The notes beneath the pieces are model-generated. The model was not told where the DNA came from, did no database searches, and saw nothing but the letters and a program-made list of their open reading frames with translations. Shown piece by piece: positions 11,253 through 21,162 of a DNA stretch of 64,000 nt. Numbering within the stretch: position 1 is the first letter of the stretch; the number at the start of each line of letters is the position of its first letter. The position numbers were made by a program, and so were the translations under genes. The stretch comes from Azolla caroliniana (lineage: Eukaryota > Plantae > Polypodiophyta). Location of the stretch: assembly GCA_043228905.1 (NCBI GenBank), contig JBHGNT010000013.1:124001-188000 (forward strand). The letters are read 5' to 3'.

Positions 11253-11559
11253 AATTAGGCCTAGTATAACATCTTTTCATTGTAGAACATGTTTTTTTTA
11301 AGAACTATTTTTTATCTTATTTTGTTTTTTTTACTTTCGATGAATGGGTAAATATCCCATTTTTTGTAAACCATTTGTCTCATGGGCCAAATTTGGCCTT
11401 AGAAGACGTTAATATATCTTTCTTTCTTTCTTTCTTTCTCTTCCTCTCACACACATACACACACAAATCACATAATCTTCCGCTGCTTAACTACTCACAT
11501 AATTAACCGCTAATTAACCCTTGTTACTTACCTAATTCTTAATAGTGGCACAAGTTGAA

Positions 11560-11900
11560 ATTAATACCTCTACATGTCATCGAGTCCTTGCCTTTGCTCT
11601 CTTAGATTTAGGAGTCAACTCTTGCTTCATGGACCAAAAAATTTCCTTAACATAGAAAATCCTTTGAAAATTTTGCCTTGTCGAACATCTATCACAATCA
11701 TAGATGGTCGATCTAATGCATGTGGTGACATAACCAAAGAGTTTGAGACAATTTGTGCAATTCTTAGTAACCTAGCTTGTGTCCTTTCATTCAATATAAT
11801 TCATAGTCTCGAGTATTTAGTTGTCCTAGGTTTGCATTGGTTCAAACTCATAATGCAGAGATTAATTAGAGAAAACTGGCAACCCTCCCTCATATGCATC
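11560..11900 (+). mobile_element. Degenerate Ty3/gypsy aspartic-protease remnant
   Basis: ORF 11574-11987 contains ITIIDGR...GDIT...SFNIIHS..YLVVLGLHWF, resembling the gypsy protease C-terminal (V/I)LGxxW motif. Confidence 0.5.
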
Positions 11901-12518
11901 TTCATCCAATGTTTCATGTATCACTTTTGGAACCTTATCCATCAAGCTCTATTTCATATCTTATGGTTCCTCCTCCACCTCATGTAATTGAGCTTGACCA
12001 TGGTCCAAAATATGATATAGTCACTAATGATCCATTCTGCTTCAATGTTGATATTTAGCATATTCTTGTAACCTCGTTCTTCTTGTAAACATAATTACAT
12101 TCTCTTCTTATTTCTCTCTTCTTTTCTTATTCTCTTCTATCATTTTATCTTGGTCCTAACAAAACGTTGACACATTTTCTAACATTACAACTTTTTATCA
12201 ATCTTATTTATATTATTTTTCATAATCTACCATTCATTTCAATTTGGTTTCACACCATGTGTCAAGGGTGTGCCAATTGTACATCCAGCAAGTGTGTACA
12301 CATTCAAAGAGTTTATACCAAGTAGAGAATTAATTAAGATTCCTTAAATAAGGTGTGTCCCATTATAGGGCTAAAAGTGATTGTTTTTGTAACACTGATC
12401 GATGTATTATTTATTGTGTACTGTATTTAACTTGCATGGATGATTTTATAATGCTTATCCACTATATCATTACTAATATTACGCAAACAATTATTCTATT
12501 TTGTTTTTTGCTTCTCTA

Positions 12519-12718
12519 ATTGATTATTTCAGTAAAATCTTGAGGGATTCAGTAAATGTACAGCAATCTATGTATATATGTTTGGTATCTCTAATTGCCC
12601 TAGATTGTTAGGGTAAACAACATTGATTATTTCAATAAAATCTTGAGGGATTCAGTACGAAAATCTATGTATATATGTTTGGCATCTCTAATTGCCCTAG
12701 GTTGTTAGGGTAAACAAC
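12519..12718. repeat. ~100-bp tandem duplication
   Basis: ATTGATTATTTCA...GTTAGGGTAAACAAC occurs at 12519-12621 and 12622-12718. Confidence 0.9.
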
Positions 12719-12802
12719 GCAATGTATGAGTATTTAGTTTCTAACCATGCAAGACAGAGCAGATGATGGTTTAATGAAGTGAAAGTTGCACATTATCAGT
12801 AA

Positions 12803-13236
12803 CAATCGGCAATAGTTCGGTTTGGTTTGAGTGTCAAAACTGAACCATTTACAAATTTTGAAACTTGAACCAGATTGAACCGAACCACAAAACTATTAAA
12901 AAAAATTTCAACCCATTAAACCATTAAACCGTTAAAATCGTAGTTTCGTGGTTCGGTTTCTGTTTTCAACTGAGGTCAAAATTCAAATTTTAAAATATTT
13001 CATTATTTTAAATTTTAAATTTCAGAATTTTAAAGATTCTCCTAAAATGTGAGAATAAGGCTTGAAAATGAAAAGACTGTTTAAAAAAGATTAAAAATTT
13101 TAAAAAGTTTTTAAAAAATTACATTTTTAAAAAAAACCATTAAACCGTTTAACTGTTGAAACTGAACCGAACCATTTAAACCATTAAGCCACAGTTTCGT
13201 GGTTCAATTCGGTTCAAACCAAACCGTTGCCAACTG
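12803..13236. mobile_element. MITE-like non-autonomous DNA transposon
   Basis: Imperfect TIRs (CAATCGGCAATAGTTCGGTTTGGTTTGA / TCAAACCAAACCGTTGCCAACTG), many subterminal AACCG/AACCA motifs, AT-rich core. No clear TSD. Confidence 0.65.
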
Positions 13237-13244
13237 TTAATTAT

Positions 13245-14800
13245 CAAGCCCATAAGTTAAAGGTGTGATCCATTTGCTAAGAAAAACATCTAGTCTCAAG
13301 ATGCCCTAACAACCTTGTCAATCATATTGTAGAAAACAATCCTTGTTTTAAAGTGAGCTTGCTAGACATTGTTGTGCAAGTATAGAGGCACGAAAAGATA
13401 CTAATAGAAAGGTCAAGATATATTAGCCGAAACTCTTAGTATCAACCTTGAAAGGGCTAATAACAAGGAATTTGGTATGCAATTTATCTTGTTGTGATTT
13501 TGTTCTAAATTTTATTTTAATTAAACACCTTATTTCCTTTGTATACATCTTGAATACTATTATGCCCCACCATAGAATTAATCCACTTGCAAAACTGGTA
13601 TACCAATAGCTTTTTCCTCGAAGAACAAGGAATAATATATCTGTCATAAAATTTTGTGAAGGACTTTAGGATATCCTTCCATGACATCTCCACCTTTGGA
13701 ATATCCTCAAATGGTTCTTCCACCATAATATTATTGTTTTCAAGTAGAACTTGCTATAATGGCTTAATAGAAACTGTATGAAGCATTGAACGATATTGTT
13801 AACTCATGTCCTCCCCATTAGCCTTGGACAATAATTTGATCAAACCCTTACGTATCAACTTCACCCACCCTCAAGTTGTTCAAACCTTTGTCATTGATGA
13901 CTATGTTATCTAATAGAAACAAAGAACTCGGCACAATTGTGATGGAGGTAGGAAGCATCCATGAGAGGATGTCATGTGAATGTGTGTACATGGGGTGAGA
14001 TTATGATATGGGAGATGATGAGTATATTCAAGCAATGGATCTAGAGAGTGGAAATAAACAAGGAGAGTCAAATGGGTTGTAATGTAAGAGGAACAAAAGG
14101 GAAACAAGAGAATAAGACAAAGCAATGAGCTTGTACTTTTGAGGCCCCTGGTTATACATAACATACATGTGAGCCCCTTGTTTGCCTCAAAAATTAAAGT
14201 TAAACCTTTTCTAGAAGTGAATACCTCACCTTAGCAGCTAACATACAAATATTCTTTGTTGAAGCTTGCTCTCCTACATTTGATCTTCTTTCATTCTCCA
14301 TAGGAAGTGATTTCCTAATCATCAGCGAGATCCTTTGTGACTTTTAGCATGTCCTTGAAAAATTCGGGTAGGTGCGAATTCTCCTAGTAAAGATGTTTTT
14401 CCGTCTTTAAAGTAAAGATATGAATTTTCTTTCCTCCTCTAAAAATGACTTTGAAGAGGAGTGTGGGTGGGGGTCAATGATGGAATTCTTGGACCACATC
14501 CTCACTGACGTTGTCAAGATGTTCGGTAGGTTCCCATGTAGCTAACTGGGCAACCCTTTCATAAGGCTAGATACCATGGTTTGCATATCAACCTTGTAGG
14601 AACAAAAAGCTCTTTGGCCTTGAACTTCTATTCGTGTTTATCTTCATGTTCCACTAAAAGGGTCAATCTAGTTGCCCATAGGGGATTGTGGCCTCGTGGG
14701 ACGGTTTCAATAGCATTGTATGGAATGCATCATGGATATGAAAATGCGATTGGAACTAGGATATCAAATTATTCTATTTCCATTACGAGCCCACATTGGA
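13245..14800 (-). mobile_element. Highly degenerate Ty3/gypsy pol remnant (RT/RNase H)
   Basis: Minus-strand fragments such as DILKSFTKFYDRYI (cf. FLGxxNFYRRFI) and DIRKGFDQI (cf. DLxxGYHQI), with many stops. Confidence 0.5.
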
Positions 14801-16145
14801 ATAAGCAAATATGGCAACGATTGAAGAGAACACAAGAACTGTTAGGCCAAGTACATTACTCATCATTCAAAGGAAAGGAAAAGGTCAAAGAGTTCCTTAA
14901 TCTCAACCCTTAAAAGTTTCTTCATCTTCCTCATATAGGAAACAAATCAATTTTGGGAACTTTTCTTTTTTCTTCTTTAACAATTTGAACATGATCTTCT
15001 TTGTTTATAAAATTGAAGGATCACTTATATAGTTCATTACATTTACGTAACACATTTAAAGATTTCATGATGTGTTTTAATGAATGAGTGCCAGATATAT
15101 TTTATTTATCACGAGTTACACGACATATTTATATCTCACAAATTGGTAATCACCATAGCTTTCTCTCAAAGCCTTAGGCATGAGTGAAAGTACATTTGTA
15201 ATACATATTATTGGTTTCAAACCATCATGCAACAGTTTTCTTCCTGCTTTTTTCAGTCCCTTCAAGTTTCGAGGAAAACAAAAGTTTAAATATGCATCTC
15301 TCATAAGCCCGAGATGGTTCAGGAAAAATATACATGTTTATACTTGAAAGAGTGCATGATGTTATTTTGACAAGAAGCAAATGTGCTAATTGACTTCCAT
15401 AACTAACATCTATGTTCTCCGAACTAACTTGGCTTGGTGAATCCTTGTAATGATGATACCGAACGTAAATTTTCCATGACATGTTGATCATGGAAGGACT
15501 ATAAATCATAACTTTATGCTTTATATATATAGGGATACGAAAAAGCGTATAAGTATTGGATTGTGTTGTGTGATCGATGTGCTCACGTTCAAATAAATAT
15601 ATGAATTTGTGTCGAAATAACGGAAAATAATAAGTCAACTCCATGAAAATATTGAGTCGATATATATTACATCTTTTTGACAGCGCGATTATCTAACAAA
15701 AAGACAATAAACGAGGGTTGGGCATCATGGGTGAGGTGAGTAGGTAAGCAATGTGCACAATGAGACACCTATGAAAGAGCAATGATGAAAACATGTTCGA
15801 TATTAGTTCTATTGACAATACGACACACGTCGTTAGGAGGGGGTGTGTGTGTGTGTGCGTGCGCTCGTGTGCCTTGGGAATACATAGACATCAAAGTCAA
15901 AAGGGGTTTTCTTTTTTTCTAGTTGCATATGATGTCTTATTGTGGTTCGTTACCCTTAAAAAGGCAGCAATTATATAAATACGTCAGGGGGACCCGACCA
16001 TGGCCTCGACGTGAAGAGCATATGTATCTCTCTATCATAAGGGGTTGGGAGGGGGGGATTATGGACGGTAAGCGAAGAATTTCGGCAAGGCCTAGGGTTA
16101 CAGACTCAGATGTCTAGCCTGGAGCTTGGGTTAGACGGAGACGGG

Positions 16146-16227
16146 TCATCGTGGACTCTCTCGTTCGTGGAAACATATGCTCTTGTCCTCTCATCGTGGA
16201 CTCTCTCGTTCGTGGAAACAGATGCTC
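16146..16227. repeat. 45-bp-period tandem duplication upstream of the ARF gene
   Basis: TCATCGTGGACTCTCTCGTTCGTGGAAACA(T/G)ATGCTC at 16146 and 16191. Confidence 0.9.
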
Positions 16228-16809
16228 CGTGACTTAATGTGTATCTACTCTCCGGGTCTCATACATACATACATACATACATACTTTTGTCCTCTCATCC
16301 CAAAAGAAAGAAGGAATGAATGAATCTCCTCCTTTATGGTGAGTAAAAAGGCTCTGCACTATTTCTGCCCCCCCCCCCCCCAAAAAAACCCAAAAAAAAA
16401 GGCCCTAAACAAAAGAAAGTGAGCTGAAACTGAAACCTAAACCATAACCCACAAAAACTAAAAAGAGTTTGGAGGGCCCCCCCAACTAAAAACCAACCAC
16501 CAAAAACAGAGACAGACAGACAGACAGAGAGGCAGACAGAGACTAGTTAAGTACATGCATACATACATTAGATGGTAGCAGCAGCAAGTCAAATGCTAAA
16601 ATATTTATGTGTGTATACATATGCATACAATATGTGATGGAACCCCATTCCATTGAACTTGCCTTCCTGCATTCCCCCCTTCTTCTGGATGTGCTTCAAG
16701 ATATCTCTTCTCCTCCCCACAGCTATTGTAGCTGGGAGCTCTCTATTAATGATGCCGGTGGCGGCAGCTCGTGCTTGATCCATCTGCTCTCATCATTCAT
16801 CGATTCATC

Positions 16810-18957
16810 ATGGACAATCGCGGTCTATCGGGATCAGGACAATCCTGCCAGCAATCATCTGATAGCTCCACCATCACCATCACCACATCGTCTAGCTCTT
16901 ATTCCATGTCGTCGAGCACGAGCGTAAGCCCGAGCCCGAGCTATGGGCATGATGAGAAGATGATGACACTCGTCCATGGTGGCAGGGGTCATGTTGAGCC
17001 TGAGCTATGGCACGCGTGCGCGGGCGCCATGGTTCGTCTCCCACAAGTCGGCTCCAAGGTGATCTACTTCCCGCAAGGCCACGCGGAGCACGCGGCCTCT
17101 CCATCGCCTGACCTAATAATCCCCCCTTCCATCGCGATCCATCACAGCGCGGTCCATTGCCGCATCCTCTCGGTCGAATACCTAGCCGACACAGAAACAG
17201 ATGAGGTCTACGCCCGAATGCGCCTCCAGCCTACAGAGCAGCCTTCCTCTTCCCTTCCCAATGATGGCTCTCATAATTCACCCGATTCTTCGGAGACGGG
17301 GCCGATTCACCATAGCCGCGCGGTGATCTTCGCCAAAACCCTAACCCAGAGTGATGCTAACAATGGGGGGGGGTTCTCGGTCCCGAGGTACTGCGCGGAG
17401 ACCATCTTCCCTCGCCTCAACTACAGCAAGGACCCGCCCGTGCAGATGGTGCTCGCCAAGGACGTGCACGGGACGGTGTGGAAGTTCCGGCACATCTACC
17501 GCGGGACGCCCCGCCGCCATCTCCTGACCACGGGGTGGAGCAACTTCGTGAACCACAAGAAGCTCGTGGCTGGAGATGCCATAGTCTTCCTCAAGGGTGC
17601 TTCCAGAGAGGTGTATGTCGGGGTTCGCCGCACCACTACTACTAGTGCCATCACAAGGGGGGGCATGGGCACTAGCAGCAGCAGCAGCAGCACCCATCAC
17701 CATGTCTTGCCTCCTCCTCCTGAGGAGATTGGAATGCATTTACATGTGGAGGACCGGCCTTCGGTGCAGGTGGCCGGCTGGACAAATTCTTCTTCGGCCA
17801 CGAATTCCACACGTAGCCAGCCTCCTCGTGTCACGATCGAATCTGTCATGGAAGCAGCCATTGCGGCTTCGGCGGGGCACGCGTTCGAGGTGCTGTATTA
17901 CCCGAGAGCCACCATGTTCGAGTTCTGCGTGAGAGAAGAGGCGGTAGCGCAGGCATTGCAGCGGAACTGGGCCCCTGGCCTGCGCTTCAAGATGGCGGTG
18001 GAGACGGAAGATGCTTCTCGTATCAGCTGGTTCATGGGTACCATTTGCAAAGTGGGAGAGGCCGACCCTGTGCGATGGCCAAACTCCATTTGGAAAAGGC
18101 TGCAGGTAAAAACATATGATTGATTGTTTATCAGGAGCAGCTTCACTATGATCTCCACTTAAGACTATTTGTGTTAGATCATCGTGCTTCCCTGATGACT
18201 TCTGCAGCGGATTGATTTCCCCTCTCCTTCCTTGGTGATTGGAACCTATGACATGCAGGAAATCTCTTGGATTTTTGGTCCAATAATATGGACCAAATCA
18301 TCTAAATCCAATACTGTAACTAATGGATCGGATTTTATGCAGGTCACATGGGATGAACCAGATCTGCTCCAAGGCATAGCCAGAGTCAACCCTTGGCAAG
18401 TGGAGCTTGTCTCCTCCGCTCCTCCTGTTGTTGTTACAAATACTAGCACGCCTCATTATATGCACAACATCCACATCGATCATAGCCATGCTATGCCTCC
18501 ACTTCCGTTCGTCCTGCCGAAACGGAAAGCTGCGAGGCATGACTATAATCTGCAGCAGCCATATTCTAGAAGTAGGAATGATGATGAACATCAGCTTGAT
18601 GTCAGTGAAGGAGATGGCATCGAGCAGCAACAATGGCAGCCAGGAGGGGGGCTTTCCATGCCAAGTGCTGCACCATCTCACCACATCTTCCCTGCCAACA
18701 TTAGCATTAGCAATCGATTGAAGCCGGATCGTGATGCCCCAATAGGCATGCGGGGAGCCAGGCATTCAACTGCAGAAGGGAGTTACTCTGAATCTAGTAG
18801 CTTATTACATTCAGGCACAAGATCTCGACATTTCTATCTCTTCGGAACGCCCATATCGATGGGTAGCAGTAGTCAGTCGGTCATCAATACAGGTAGTGTG
18901 GCAGCCACACACAAAGAAGAGCATGAGATGAAGCATTCTCGTGAGGATACCAGGTAG
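16810..18957 (+). CDS. ARF: Auxin response factor, class C (ARF10/16/17-like); exons 16810-18105 and 18343-18957
   Basis: ELWHACAG..V.YFPQGHAE; B3 domain (FAKTLTQSDANNGGGFSVPRYCAE, WKFRHIYRGTPRRHLLTTGWS.FVN.KKL.AGD); FEVLYYPRA; RFKMAVETEDASRISWFMGT; LQ|VTWDEPDLLQ joined by a GT-AG intron; LFG motif; miR160 site. The start ATG is inferred. Confidence 0.93.
18744..18764 (+). promoter_or_regulatory. miR160 target site
   Basis: AGGCATGCGGGGAGCCAGGCA versus the perfect complement TGGCATACAGGGAGCCAGGCA: two G:U wobbles and a terminal mismatch. Encodes GMRGARH. Confidence 0.92.
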
Positions 18958-19608
18958 CTAGGTAGTGCATTTGACTCTGACCAGGTTTCAGTAGTAGTGG
19001 CGAGTACACCAACAACATTATACTGGATATCATCTATTGATTGATCCAATCCAATCCAATCCAACAGGCTAATCCTGAATCCCACCATAAATGGGGGTCA
19101 AATAGGAAAAAAAAAGGAGGTGAGGAACAGCAAACTCTTCAAGCAAACCAAAACCAAAACCAGGAAAAGGAATTAATCCGAGGTCTGACAGTAGGATACA
19201 GTTAAATCCCCTGCTGCTCAAGTCTCACCACTTTAGGGTGATTATACCGCCTGCTGCAGAACAATATCGGGACTGAACGCACAACATTAACATCTCCACC
19301 ACAGAGCCTCACCAAATAAGCTGCCCCAATGTAAGCCATTACATACATTTTGCTTTCAGCAAGTAGTTGACAGACAATGACGTCTCAAAAGCTTTTGCCT
19401 GACAAATTCCCTAAATGCTTGCAAGTTTTGGGATCCTGTACATCATTTGCTTTGGAAAGGAAAGGGTTTAAAGTAGGATTTGTGAGCTTGAGAAAGCATT
19501 GCAATCATTGATGGATAGTTCTCCACATGTAAAAGCACTAATGCCATCAAGTAGGCTTTGTGGTCTTGACTCTTGTCAAGAGAAACCATGGAAAACATTG
19601 CTTTATAG

Positions 19609-19650
19609 CAGTCCACATGTAAAGGCATTAATGCCTTTACATGTGGACTG
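19609..19650. repeat. Perfect 42-bp palindrome
   Basis: CAGTCCACATGTAAAGGCATT|AATGCCTTTACATGTGGACTG, no spacer. Confidence 0.95.
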
Positions 19651-21162
19651 GAATACATAAATTGCAATGTAGTAAAGTAACCATTGCGACTGTAAAACAT
19701 AAAATACATTCATTTCATTGTATTAAATTTCTTCGAAAAGAGGGAATTACTATGGTTGTTTAGCTGGAAATTGTTACTACAGGTATATGTACCCTATGAA
19801 TCATGTGAAATGGTCTTTTTTGCTGCAAACAGAATATAACTAAAGTGACGAAAAGAAATCTACAAGAAAAACGAGACAAGAAGCATGTGGTGTCTGAGAA
19901 AATATAAAAAAAGAAACCTTGGAAGCTACAAAAGAAACAAACAATTGGGTGGAACCAAGGATGCCTTAAGTGAAAGGTAGTCAAAACCATAAGCATTTGC
20001 TTTTGGACTTTTAGGGAGAAGGCATTGGATAGTTGAGAGATGCCATTAGGTCATAAGTTCCATATCGATAAGATCCTATATCACATCGATTTTTCTTAGG
20101 TTGTAACTTCCAAGCTTCATCTAAACCTAAGAGTCAGATAACGTGTAGGTGTTGCCTAAAAAGATTTATTTATCTCAAATCACAATCGTTCCGAAAAATC
20201 CAAAGCAGAGGAATTTACATGCATGCTTTGGAAGCAATTCATCACAAAGATAGAATTTAGCATTTATGGAACCTAGCAGATATATTAAAACGGACAATGA
20301 AGTTTTAGGTAAATTCAACCATACATCCTTTTCCACCTCTCAGCGTGTACATAGCAAATATAGAGAGTCTCCTACATGATGAATCATAATCACACTAGAT
20401 TCAGGGTTGAAAACAAAGAAATAGAGAATTGGATTAGACTAACACAAGGGAGAATTGCTAGAATGATATGATATTGCATTAGAATTACAAGATGCATTAC
20501 ATATTACCTCTTTTATAGGCTCAATTACAAGGGGAGTGACCTTCTCAATTATGTCAATTCAATTCTATAAATGCTACTTAGTTCTTATTCTGCACGTTTG
20601 AATTCTGTCACTTTTGGTGGGATCCTGCATTTAGCTCCTTTGGCGGAAGACCGCTCTGCCATCAATTTTAAAAAGTTCTTTCAGTGTGCAAAATGTCATG
20701 GATATTTAAATCCCATGGATGATTTCCAAGCTAGACCTCTCTTATAATGCATAGTGACATTGATCAATCGCCATCCACAGTTAGCAAGAAAGAAGACTCT
20801 TGGTTAAATCATGGGTGCTTCAAAAGTATAAACGGTTTACCCTTTCCTCCTCTCACATCATATGATGTAGCATGTTTCTTCATCCATAAATAATAATACA
20901 CCACCACAAGTCACCCTTTTTAAGAGATGAAGAAATAACAAGTACAAATGTTTAGTCTTGTCTTCCAGTCTTCTCCAGAGTCTAACTTATGGATATATAA
21001 CATTGGAATTGATAATTTCGATATCCTTGCATTTCTTGCTCATCCAGGATCAACTCTGAGGCTTGATTAATTAGTGTACAACAAATGTTCTATGTTTCCA
21101 AATGAAGCATACCAAAGAATAATCAATATTACAGTTCAGTATGTGATAAGGTCTGTTTTTAT

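Larger units (their letters stand above)
1366..11440 (+). mobile_element. Non-LTR retrotransposon (LINE, RTEX-like architecture), decayed, interrupted by a copia element at 4928-10506
   Basis: ORF1 is followed by ORF2 with an APE endonuclease (LWNCNG, LVETH, VGDFNART, TVDY, ADHS), RT (VDFRKAFDTV, GVKQGCPLSPTLF, LLYVDDIVLL) and a C-terminal CCHC knuckle (RLCRLCHIEIEDEYHFTCKC). It ends in a (TTTC)n tail at ~11418-11440. Confidence 0.9.

Noticed and set aside
15116-15644. 139-aa and 62-aa minus-strand ORFs
   Set aside because: No recognisable domain or splice pattern in AT-rich sequence. Cannot be supported as a gene.
16505-16545. GAGACA (AuxRE) motifs suggesting ARF autoregulation
   Set aside because: They are embedded in a (GACA)n/(GA)n microsatellite and expected by chance.
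20377-20610. Possible short solo LTR (TG...CA) between ARF and PPR
   Set aside because: No matching TSD and no second copy in the window.
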